Source: Eledone cirrhosa (Eukaryota). From it: DNA of 64,000 bases. The translations under genes were made by a program, and so were the position numbers. The stretch covers positions 22,878,001 to 22,942,000 of the forward strand of contig OZ024753.1 in assembly GCA_964016885.1 (NCBI GenBank), written 5' to 3'. Of this stretch, positions 1 through 12,000 are shown in pieces (within the stretch, counting starts at the first letter, position 1; every line of letters begins with the position of its first letter). A model generated the notes under the pieces. It was not told where the DNA came from. It ran no database searches and worked only from the letters and a program-made list of their open reading frames with translations.

Positions 1-3000
1 TGTTGTTGGTGGTGGAGGTGGTGTTGGTGTTGACTGTCGTGTTGATGCTGGAGGTGGTGTTGGTGTCGACTGTCGTGTTGGTGGTGGTGGAGGTGGTGTT
101 GGTGTTGACTGTCGTGTTGGTGGTGGTGGAGGTGGTGTTGGTGTTGACTGTCGTGTTGGTGGTGGTGGAGGTGGTGTTGGTGTCAACTGTCGTGGAGGTG
201 GTGGAGGTGGTGTTGGTGTTGACTGTCGTGTTGGTGCTGGAGGTGGTGTTGGTGTCGACTGTCGTGTTGGTGGTGGTGGAGGTGGTGTTGGTGTTGACAG
301 TCGTGTTGGTGGTGGTGGAGGTGGTGTTGGTGTTGACTGTCGTGTTGGTGGTGGTGGAGGTGGTGTTGGTGTTGACTGTCGTGTTGGTGGTGGTGGAGGT
401 GGTGTTGGTGTCGACTGTCGTGTTGGTGGTGGAGGTGGTGTTGGTGTTGACTGTCGTGTTGGTGGTGGAGGTGGAGTTGGTGTTGGTGTTGACTGTCGTG
501 TTGGTGGTGGTGGTGGAGTTGGTGTTGGTGTTGACTTTCGTGTTGTTGGTGGTGGTGGTGGTGTTGGTGTTGACTGTTGTGTTGGTGGTGGTGGAGGTGG
601 TGTTGGTGTTGACTGTCGTGTTGGTGGTGGTGGAGTTGGTGTTGGTGTTGACTTTCGTGTTGTTGGTGGTGGAGGTGGTGTTGGTGTTGACTGTCGTGTT
701 GGTGGTGGTGGAGTTGGTGTTGGTGTTGACTTTCGTGTTGTTGGTGTTTGTGGTGGTGTTGGTGTTGACTGTTGTGTTGGTGGTGGTGGAGGTGGTGTCG
801 TAGTTGACTGTCGTGTTGGTGGTGGTGGAGGAGGTGTTGGTGTTGACTGTCGTGTTGTTGGTGGTGGAGGTGGTGTTGGTGTTGACTGTCGTGTTGGTGG
901 TGGTGGAGTTGGTGTTGGTGTTGACTTTCGTGTTGTTGGTGGTGGTGGTGGTGTTGGTGTTGACTGTTGTGTTGGTGGTGGTGGAGGTGGTGTCGTAGTT
1001 GACTGTCGTGTTGGTGGTGGTGGAGGAGGTGTTGGTGTTGACTGTCGTGTTGTTGGTGGTGGTGGTGGTGTTGGTGTTGACTGTCGTGTTGATGGTGGTG
1101 GTGGTGGTGGTGTTGGTGTTGACTGTTGTGTTGGTGGTGGTGGAGGTGGTGTCGTAGTTAACTGTCGTGTTGTTGGTGGTGGAGGTGGTGTTGGTGTCGA
1201 CTGCGTGTTGGTGGTGGTGGAGATGTTGGTGTTGACTGTCGTGTTGTTGGTGGTGGAGGTGGTGTCGTAGTTGACTGTCGTGTTGGTGGTGGTGGAGGAG
1301 GTGTTGGTGTTGACTGTCGTGTTGTTGGTGGTGGTGGTGGTGGTGTTGGTGTTGACTGTTGTGTTGGTGGTGGTGGAGGTGGTGTCGTAGTTAACTGTCG
1401 TGTTGTTGGTGGTGGAGGTGGTGTTGGTGTCGACTGCGTGTTGGTGGTGGTGGAGATGTTGGTGTTGACTGTCGTGTTGTTGGTGGTGGTGGTGTTGGTG
1501 TTGACTGTCGTGTTGTTGGTGGTGGTGGTGGTGTTGGTGTTGACTGTCGTGTTGGTGGTGGAGGAGGTGTTGGTGTTGACTGTCGTGTTGTTGGTGGTGG
1601 TGGTGTTGGTGTTGACTGTCGTGTTGTTGGTGGTGGTGGTGGTGTTGGTGTTGACTGTCGTGTTGTTGGTGGTGGAGGTGGTGTTGGTGTTGACTGTCGT
1701 GTTGGTGGTGGTGGAGGTGGTGTTGGTGTTGACTGTCGTGTTAATGGTGGTGGAGGTGATGTTGGTGTTGACTGTCGTGTTGGTGGGGGTGGTGGAGGTT
1801 GGTGTTGGTGTTGACTGTCGTGTTGGTGGTGGTGGTGGAGGTGGTGTCGGTGTTGACTGTCGTGTTGGTGGTGGTGGAGGTGGTGTTGGTGTTGACTGTC
1901 GTGTTGGTGCTGGTGGTGGAGGTGGTGCTGGTGTTGACTGTCGTGTTGGTGGTGGTGGAGGTGGTGTTGGTGTTGACTGTCGTGTTGGTGGGGGTGGTGG
2001 AGGTTGGTGTTGGTGTTGACTGTCGTGTTGGTGGTGGTGGTGGAGGTGGTGTTGGTGTTGACTGTCGTGTTGTTGGTGGTGGAGGTGGTGTTGGTGTTGA
2101 CTGTCGTGTTGGTGGTGGTGGAGGTGGTGTTGGTGTTGGCTGTCGTGTTGGTGGTGGTGGAGGTGATGTTGGTGTTGACTGTCGTGTTGGTGGGGGTGGT
2201 GGATGTTGCTGTTGGTGTTGATTGTCGTGTTGGTGGTGGTGGTGGAGGTGGTGTTGGTGTTGACTGTCGTGTTGGTGGTGGTATTGGAGGTGGTGTTGGT
2301 GTTGACTGTCGTGTTGGTGGTGGTGGAGGTGGTGTTGGTGTTGACCGTCGTGTTGGTGGTGGAGGAGGTGGTGTTGGTGTTGACTGTCGTGTTGTTGGTG
2401 GTGGAGGTGGTGTTGGTGTTGACTGTCGTGTTGGTGGTGGTGGAGGTGGTGTCGGTGTTAACTGTCGTGTTGGTGGTGGTGGAGGTGGTGTTGGTGTTGA
2501 CTGTCGTGTTGTTGGTGGTGGAGGTGGTGTTGGTGTTGACTGTCGTGTTGGTGGTGGTGGAGGTGGTGTTGGTGTTGGCTGTCGTGTTGGTGGTGGTGTT
2601 GGTGTTGACTGTTGTGTTGGTGGTGGTGAAGGTGGTGTTGGTGTTGACTGTCGTGTTGTTGGTGGTGGTGTTGCTGTTGATTGTCGTGTTGTTGGTGGTG
2701 GAGGTGGTGTTGGTGTTGACTGTCGTGTTGTTGGTGGTGGAGGTGGTGTTGGTGTTGACTGTCGTGTTGGTGGTGGTGGAGGTGGTGTTGGTGTTGACTG
2801 TCGTGTTGGTGGTGCTGGTGGTGGTGTTGGTGTTGACTGTCGTGTTGTTGGTGGTGGAGGTGGTGTTGGTGTTGACTGTCGTGTTGTTGGTGGTGGAGGT
2901 GGTGTTGGTGTTGACTGTCGTGGAGGTGGTGGAGGTGGTGTTGGTGTTGACTGTCGTGTTGGTGGTGGTGGAGGTGGTGTTGGTGTTGACTGTCGTGTTG

Positions 3001-6000
3001 GTGGTGGTGGAGGTGGTGTTGGTGTTGACTGTCGTGTTGGTGGTGGTGGAGGTGGTGTTGGTGTTGACTGTTGTGTTGGTGGTGGTGGAGGTGGTGTCGG
3101 TGTTGACTGTCGTGTTGGTGGTGCTGGTGGTGGTGTTGGTGTTGACTGTTGTGTTGGTGGTGGTGGAGGTGGTGTTGGTGTTGACTGTCATGTTGGTGGT
3201 GGTGGAGGTGGTGTTGGTGTTGACTGTCGTGTTGGTGGTGGAGGTGGTGTCGGTGTTGACTGTCGTGTTGGTGGTGCTGGTGGTGGTGTTGGTGTTGACT
3301 GTCGTGTTGGTGGTGGTGGAGGTGGTGTTGGTGTTGACTGTCGTGTTGTTGGTGGTGGAGGTGGTTTTGACTGTCGTGTTGTTGGTGTTGGAGGTGGTGT
3401 TGGTGTTGACTGTCGTGTTGGTGGTGCTGGTGGTGGTGTTGGTGTTGACTGTTGTGTTGGTAGTGGTGGAGGTGGTGTTGGTCTTGACTGTTGTGTTGGT
3501 GGTGGTGGAGGTGGTGTTGGTGTTGACAGTCGTGTTGTTGGTGGTGGTGGTGGTGTTGGTGTTGACTGTCGTGTTGGTGGTGGTGGAGGTTGTGTTGGTA
3601 TTGACTGTCGTGTTGTTGGTGGTGGAGGTGGTGTTGACTGTCGTGTTGGTGGTGTTGGAGGTGGTGTTGGTGTTGACTGTCGTGTTGGTGGTGGTGGAGG
3701 TGGTGTTGGTGTTGACTGTTGTGTTGGTGGTGTTGGAGGTGGTGTTGGTGTTGACTGTCGTGTTGGTGTTGGTGGAGGTGGTGTTGGTATTGACTGTCGT
3801 GTTGGTGGTGGTGGAGGTGGTGTTGGTGTTGACTGTCGTGTTGGTGGTGGTGGAGGTGGTGTTGGTGTTGACTGTCGTGTTGGTGGTGGTGGAGGTGGTG
3901 TTGGTGTTGACTGTCGTGTTGGTGGTGGTGGAGGTGGTGTTGGTGTTGACTGTTGTGTTGGTGTTGGTGGAGGTGGTGTCGGTGTTGACTGTCGTGTTGG
4001 TGGTGCTGGTGGTGGTGTTGGTGTTGACTGTCGTGTTGTTGGTGGTGGAGGTGGTGTTGGTGTTGACTGTTGTGTTGGTGGTGGTGGAGGTGGTGTTGGT
4101 GTTGACTGTCGTGTTGTTGGTGGTGGAGGTGGTGTCGGTGTTGACTGTCGTGTTGGTGGTGCTGGTGGTGGTGTTGGTGTTGACTGTTGTGTTGGTGGTG
4201 GTGGAGGTGGTGGAGGTGTTGACTGTCGTGTTGGTGGTGGTGGTGGTGGTGGTGGTGTTGGTGTTGACTGTCGTGTTGGTGGTGCTGGTGGTGGTGTTGG
4301 TGTTGACTGTTGTGTTGGTGTTGACTGTCGTGTTGTTGGTGGTGGAGGTGGTGTTGGTGTTGACTGTTATGTTGGTGGTGGTGGAGGTGGTGTCGGTGTT
4401 GACTGTCGTGTTGGTGGTGGTGGTGGTGGTGTCGGTGTTGACTGTCGTGTTGGTGGTGCTGGTGGTGGTGTTGGTGTTGACTGTTGTGTTGGTGGTGGTG
4501 GAGGTGGTGTCGGTGTTGACTGTCGTGTTGGTGGTGGTGGAGGTGGTGTCGGTGTTGACTGTCGTGTTGGTGGTGCTGGTGGTGGTGTTGGTGTTGACTG
4601 TTGTGTTGGTGGTGGTGGAGGTGGTGTTGGTGTTGACTGTCGTGTTGTTGGTGGTGGAGGTGGTGTTGGTTTTGACTGTCGTGTTGGTGGTGGGGAGGTG
4701 GTGCTGATGTTGACTGACGTGTTGGTGGTGGTGGAGGTGGTGTTGGTGTTGACTGTCGTGTTGGTGGTGGTGGTGGTGGTGTTGGTGTTGACTGTCGTGT
4801 TGGTGGTAGTGGAGGTGGTGTTGGTGTTGACTGTCGTGTTGGTGGTGGTGGAGGTGGTGTTGGTGTTGACTGTCGTGTTGGTGGTGGTGGTGGAGGTGGT
4901 GTTGGTGTTGACTGTCGTGTCGGTAGTGGTGGAGATGGTGTTGGTGTTGACTGTCATGTTGTTGGTGGTGGTGCTGGTGTTGGTGTTGACAGTCGTGTTG
5001 GTGGTGGTGGAGGTGGTGTTGGTGTTGACTGTCGTGTTGGTGGTGGTGGTGGTGTTGGTGTTGACAGTCGTGTTGGTGGTGGTGGAGGTGGTGTTGGTGT
5101 TGACTGTCGTGTTGTTGGGGTGGAGGTGGTGTTGGTCTTGACTGTCGTGTTGGTGGTGGTGGAGGTGGTGTTGGTATTGACTGTCGTGTTGTTGGTGGTG
5201 GAGGTGGTGTTGGTGTTGACTGTCGTGTTGTTGGTGGTGGAGTTGGTGTTGGTGTTGACAGTCGTGTTGGTGGTGGTGGAGGTGGTGTTGGTGTTGACTG
5301 TCGTGTTGTTGGTGGTGGTGGTGGTGTTGGTGTTGACTGTCGTGTTGGTGGTGGTGGAGGTTGTGTTGGTGTTGACTGTCGTGTTGTTGGTGGTGGAGGT
5401 GGTGTTGACTGTCGTGTTGTTGGTGTTGGAGGTGGTGTTGGTGTTGACTGTCGTGTTGGTGGTGGTGGAGGTGGTGTTGGTGTTGACTGTCGTGTTGGTG
5501 GTGGTGGAGGTGGTGTTGGTGTTGACTGTTGTGTTGGTGGTGGTGGAGGTGGTGTCGGTGTTGACTGTCGTGTTGGTGGTGGTGGAGGTGGTGTTGGTGT
5601 TGACTGTGGTGTTGTTGGTGGTGGAGGTGGTGTTGGTGTTGACTGTCGTGTTGTTGGTGGTGGAGTTGGTGTTGGTGTTGACTGTCGTCTTGGTGGTGGT
5701 GGAGGTGGTGTTGGTGTTGACTGTCGTATTGGTGGTGGTGGAGGTGGTGTTGGTGTTGACTGTCGTGTTGGTGGTGGTGGAGGTGGTGTTGGTGTTGACT
5801 GTTGTGTTGTTGTTGGTGGTGGTGGTGTTGGTGTTGACAGTCGTGTTGGTGGTGGTGGAGGTGGTGTTGGTGTTGACTGTCGTGTTGGTGGTGGTGGAGG
5901 TGGTGTTGGTGTTGACTGTCGTGTTGGTGGTGGTGGAGGTGGTGTTGGTGTTGACTGTCGTGTTGGTGGTGGTGGTGGAGGTGGTGTTTGTGTTGACTGT

Positions 6001-9000
6001 CGTGTTGGTGGTGGTGGAGGTGGTGTTGGTGTTGACTGTCGTGTTGGTGGTGGTGGAGGTGGTGTTGGTGTTGACTGTCGTGTTGGTGGTGGTGGAGGTG
6101 GTGTTGGTGTTGACTGTTGTGTTGGTGGTGGTGGAGGTGGTGTCGGTGTTGACTGTCGTGTTGGTGGTGCTGGTGGTGGTGTTGGTGTTGACTGTTGTGT
6201 TGGTGGTGGTGGAGGTGGTGTTGGTGTTGACTGTCGTGTTGTTGGTGGTGGAGGTGGTGTTGGTTTTGACTGTCGTGTTGGTGGTGGGGAGGTGGTGTTG
6301 ATGTTGACTGTCGTGTTGGTGGTGGTGGAGGTGGTGTTGGTGTTAACTGTCGTGTTGGTGATGGTGGTGGTGGTGTTGGTGTTGACTGTCGTGTTGATGG
6401 TGGTGGAGGTGGTGTTGGTGTTGACTGTCGTGTTGGTGGTGGTGGAGGTGGTGTTGGTGTTGACTGTCGTGTTGGTGGTGGTGGAGGTGGTGTTGGTGTT
6501 GACTGTCGTGTTGGTGGTGGTGGTGAGGTGGTGTTGGTGTTGACTGTCGTGTTGGTGGTGGTGGAGGTGGTGTTGGTGTTGACTGTCGTGTTGTTGGTGG
6601 TGGAGGTGGTGTTGGGGTTGACTGTCGTGTTGTTGGTGGTGGAGGTGGTGGAGGTTGTGTTGACTGTCGTGTTGGTGGTGGAGGTGGTGTTGGTGTTGAC
6701 TGTCGTGTTAGTGGTGGTGGAGGTGGTGTTGGTGTTGACTGTCGTGTTGGTGGTGCTGGTGGTGGTGTTGGTGTTGACTGTTGTGTTGGTGGTGGTGGAG
6801 GTGGTGGAGGTGTTGACTGTCGTGTTGGTGGTGGTGGTGGTGGTGGTGGTGTTGGTGTTGACTGTCGTGTTGGTGGTGCTGGTGGTGGTGTTGGTGTTGA
6901 CTGTTGTGTTGGTGTTGACTGTCGTGTTGTTGGTGGTGGAGGTGGTGTTGGTGTTGACTGTTATGTTGGTGGTGGTGGAGGTGGTGTCGGTGTTGACTGT
7001 CGTGTTGGTGGTGGTGGTGGTGGTGGTGTCGGTGTTGACTGTCGTGTTGGTGGTGCTGGTGGTGGTGTTGGTGTTGACTGTTGTGTTGGTGGTGGTGGAG
7101 GTGGTGTCGGTGTTGACTGTCGTGTTGGTGGTGGTGGAGGTGGTGTCGGTGTTGACTGTCGTGTTGGTGGTGCTGGTGGTGGTGTTGGTGTTGACTGTTG
7201 TGTTGGTGGTGGTGGAGGTGGTGTTGGTGTTGACTGTCGTGTTGTTGGTGGTGGAGGTGGTGTTGGTTTTGACTGTCGTGTTGGTGGTGGGGAGGTGGTG
7301 CTGATGTTGACTGACGTGTTGGTGGTGGTGGAGGTGGTGTTGGTGTTGACTGTCGTGTTGGTGGTGGTGGTGGTGGTGTTGGTGTTGACTGTCGTGTTGG
7401 TGGTAGTGGAGGTGGTGTTGGTGTTGACTGTCGTGTTGGTGGTGGTGGAGGTGGTGTTGGTGTTGACTGTCGTGTTGGTGGTGGTGGTGGAGGTGGTGTT
7501 GGTGTTGACTGTCGTGTCGGTAGTGGTGGAGATGGTGTTGGTGTTGACTGTCATGTTATTGGTGGTGGTGCTGGTGTTGGTGTTGACAGTCGTGTTGGTG
7601 GTGGTGGAGGTGGTGTTGGTGTTGACTGTCGTGTTGGTGGTGGTGGTGGTGTTGGTGTTGACAGTCGTGTTGGTGGTGGTGGAGGTGGTGTTGGTGTTGA
7701 CTGTCGTGTTGTTGGGGTGGAGGTGGTGTTGGTCTTGACTGTCGTGTTGGTGGTGGTGGAGGTGGTGTTGGTATTGACTGTCGTGTTGTTGGTGGTGGAG
7801 GTGGTGTTGGTGTTGACTGTCGTGTTGTTGGTGGTGGAGTTGGTGTTGGTGTTGACAGTCGTGTTGGTGGTGGTGGAGGTGGTGTTGGTGTTGACTGTCG
7901 TGTTGTTGGTGGTGGTGGTGGTGTTGGTGTTGACTGTCGTGTTGGTGGTGGTGGAGGTTGTGTTGGTGTTGACTGTCGTGTTGTTGGTGGTGGAGGTGGT
8001 GTTGACTGTCGTGTTGTTGGTGTTGGAGGTGGTGTTGGTGTTGACTGTCGTGTTGGTGGTGGTGGAGGTGGTGTTGGTGTTGACTGTCGTGTTGGTGGTG
8101 GTGGAGGTGGTGTTGGTGTTGACTGTTGTGTTGGTGGTGGTGGAGGTGGTGTCGGTGTTGACTGTCGTGTTGGTGGTGGTGGAGGTGGTGTTGGTGTTGA
8201 CTGTGGTGTTGTTGGTGGTGGAGGTGGTGTTGGTGTTGACTGTCGTGTTGTTGGTGGTGGAGTTGGTGTTGGTGTTGACTGTCGTGTTGGTGGTGGTGGA
8301 GGTGGTGTTGGTGTTGACTGTCGTATTGGTGGTGGTGGAGGTGGTGTTGGTGTTGACTGTCGTGTTGGTGGTGGTGGAGGTGGTGTTGGTGTTGACTGTT
8401 GTGTTGTTGTTGGTGGTGGTGGTGTTGGTGTTGACAGTCGTGTTGGTGGTGGTGGAGGTGGTGTTGGTGTTGACTGTCGTGTTGGTGGTGGTGGAGGTGG
8501 TGTTGGTGTTGACTGTCGTGTTGGTGGTGGTGGAGGTGGTGTTGGTGTTGACTGTCGTGTTGGTGGTGGTGGTGGAGGTGGTGTTGGTGTTGACTGTCGT
8601 GTTGGTGGTGGTGGAGGTGGTGTTGGTGTTGACTGTCGTGTTGGTGGTGGTGGAGGTGGTGTTGGTGTTGACTGTCGTGTTGGTGGTGGTGGAGGTGGTG
8701 TTGGTGTTGACTGTTGTGTTGGTGGTGGTGGAGGTGGTGTCGGTGTTGACTGTCGTGTTGGTGGTGCTGGTGGTGGTGTTGGTGTTGACTGTTGTGTTGG
8801 TGGTGGTGGAGGTGGCGTTGGTGTTGACTGTCGTGTTGTTGGTGGTGGAGGTGGTGTTGGTTTTGACTGTCGTGTTGGTGGTGGGGAGGTGGTGTTGATG
8901 TTGACTGTCGTGTTGGTGGTGGTGGAGGTGGTGTTGGTGTTAACTGTCGTGTTGGTGATGGTGGTGGTGGTGTTGGTGTTGACTGTCGTGTTGATGGTGG

Positions 9001-12000
9001 TGGAGGTGGTGTTGGTGTTGACTGTCGTGTTGGTGGTGGTGGAGGTGGTGTTGGTGTTGACTGTCGTGTTGGTGGTGGTGGAGGTGGTGTTGGTGTTGAC
9101 TGTCGTGTTGGTGGTGGTGGTGAGGTGGTGTTGGTGTTGACTGTCGTGTTGGTGGTGGTGGAGGTGGTGTTGGTGTTGACTGTCGTGTTGTTGGTGGTGG
9201 AGGTGGTGTTGGGGTTGACTGTCGTGTTGTTGGTGGTGGAGGTGGTGGAGGTTGTGTTGACTGTCGTGTTGGTGGTGGAGGTGGTGTTGGTGTTGACTGT
9301 CGTGTTAGTGGTGGTGGAGGTGGTGTTGGTGTTGACTGTCGTGTTGTTGGTGGTGGAGGTGGTGCTGGTGTTGACTGTCGTGTTGGTGGTGGTGGAGGTG
9401 GTGTTGGTGTTGACTGTCGTGTTGTTGGTGGTGGAGGTGGTGGAGGTGGTGTTGACTGTCGTGTTGGTGGTGGAGGTGGTGTTGGTGTTGACTGTCGTGT
9501 TGGTAGTGGTGGAGGTGGTGTTGGTGTTGACTGTCGTGTTGGTGGTGGTGGAGGTGGTGTTGGTGTTGACTGTCGTGTTGGTGGTGGTGGAGGTGGTGTT
9601 GGTGTTGACTGTCGTGTTGTTGGTGGTGGAGGTGGTGTTGGTGTTGACAGTCGTGTTGGTGGTGGAGGTGGTGTTGGTGTTGACTGTCGTGTTGGTAGTG
9701 GTGGAGGTGGTGTTGGTGTTGACTGTCGTGTTGGTGGTGGTGGAGGTGGTGTTGGTGTTGACTGTCGTATTGTTGGTGGTGGAGGTGATGTTGGTGTTGA
9801 CTGTCTTGTTGTTGGTGGTGGTGGTGGTGTGGGTGTTGACTGTCGTGTCGGTAGTGGTGGAGATGGTGTTGGTGTTGCCTGTCATGTTGTTGGTGGTGGT
9901 GCTGGTGTTGGTGTTGACAGTCGTGTTGGTGGTGGTGGAGGTGGTGTTGGTGTTGACCGTCGTGTTGTTGGTGGTGGTGGTGGTGTTGGTGTTGACAGTC
10001 GTGTTGGTGGTGGTGGAGGTGGTGTTGGTGTTGACTGTCGTGTTGTTGGTGGTGGAGTTGGTGTTGGTGTTGCCAGTCGTGTTGGTGGTGGTGGTGGTGG
10101 TGTTGGTGTTGACTGTCGTGTTGGTGGTGGTGGAGGTTGTGTTGGTGTTGACTGTCGTGTTGTTGGTGGTGGAGGTGGTGTTGACTGTCGTGTTGTTCGT
10201 GTTGGAGGTGGTGTTGGTGTTGACTGTCGTGTTGGTGGTGGTGGAGGTGGTGTTGGTGTTGACTATCGTGTTGGTTGTGGTGGAGGTGGTGTTGGTGTTG
10301 ACTGTTGTGTTGGTGGTGGTGGAGGTGGTGTTGGTGTTGACTGTCGTGTTGGTGGTGGTGGAGGTGGTGTTGGTGTTGACTGTCGTGTTGGTGGTGGTGG
10401 AGGTGGTGTTGGTGTTGACTGTTGTGTTGGTGGTGGTGGAGGTGGTGTCGGTGTTGACTGCTGTGTTGGTGGTGGTGGAGGTGGTGTTGGTGTTGACTGT
10501 GGTGTTGTTGGTGGTGGAGGTGGTGTTGGGGTTGACTGTCGTGTTGTTGGTGGTGGAGGTGGTGGAGGTGGTGTTGACTGTCGTGTTGGTGGTGGAGGTG
10601 GTGTTGGTGTTGACTGTCGTGTTGGTGGTGGTGGAGGTGGTGTTGTTGTTGACTGTCGTGTTGTTGGTGGTGGAGGTGGTGTTGGTGTTGACAGTCGTGT
10701 TGGTGGTGGAGGTGGTGTTGGTGTTGACTGTCGTGTTGGTAGTGGTGGAGGTGGTGTTGGTGTTGACTGTCGTGTTGGTGGTGGTGGAGGTGGTGTTGGT
10801 GTTGACTGTCGTATTGTTGGTGGTTGAGGTGATGTTGGTGTTGACTGTCGTGTCGGTAGTGGTGGAGATGGTGTTGGTGTTGACTGTCATGTTGTTGGTG
10901 GTGGAGGTGGTGTTGGTGTTGACTATCGTGTTGTTGGTGGTGGTGGTGGTGTTGGTGTTGACAGTCGTGTTGGTGGTGGTGGAGGTGGTGGTGGTGTTGA
11001 CTGTCGTGTTGTTGGGGTGGAGGTGGTGTTGGTGTTGACTGTCGTGTTGGTGGTGGTGGAGGTGGTGTTGGTATTGACTGTCGTGTTGTTGGTGGTGGAG
11101 GTGGTGTTGGTGTTGACTGTCGTGTTGTTGGTGGTGGAGGTGGTGTTGGTGTTGACTGTCGTGTTGTTGGTGGTGGTGGTGGTGTTGGTGTTGACAGTCG
11201 TGTTGGTGGTGGTGGAGGTGGTGTTGGTGTTGACTGTCGTGTTGGTGGTGGTGGAGGTGGTGTTGGTGTTGACTGTCGTGTTGTTGTTGGTGGTGGTGGT
11301 GTTGGTGTTGACAGTCGTGTTGGTGGTGGTGGAGATGGTGTTGGTGTTGACTGTCGTGTTGGTGGTGGTGGAGGTGGTGTTGGTATTGACTGTCGTGTTG
11401 TTGGTGGTGGTGGTGGTGTTGGTGTTGACTGTCGTGTTGGTGGTGGTGGAGGTGGTGTTGGTGTTGACTGTCGTGTTGTTGGTGGTGGTGGTGGTGTTGG
11501 TGTTGACAGTCGTGTTGGTGGTGGTGGAGGTGGTGTTGGTATTGACTGTCGTGTTGTTGGTGGTGGAGGTGGTGTTGGTATTGACTGTCGTGTTGTTGGT
11601 GGTGGAGGTGGTGTTGGTGTTGACTGTCGTGTTGTTGGTGGTGGAGTTGGTGTTGGTGTTGACTGTCGTGTTGGTGGTGGTGGAGGTGGTGTTGGTGTTG
11701 ACTGTCGTGTTGTCGGTGGTGGTGGTGGTGTTGGTGTTGACAGTCGTGTTGGTGGTGGTGGAGGTGGTGTTGGTGTTGACTGTCGTGTTGGTGGTGGTGG
11801 AGGTGGTGTTGGTATTGACTGTCGTGTTGTTGGTGGTGGAGGTGGTGTTGGTGTTGACTGTCGTGTTGTTGGTGGTGGAGGTGGTGTTGGTGTTGACTGT
11901 CGTGTTGTTGGTGGTGGAGTTGGTGTTGGTGTTGACTGTCGTGTTGGTGATGGTGGAGGTGGTGTTGGTGTTGACTGTCGTGTTGTCGGTGGTGGTGGTG

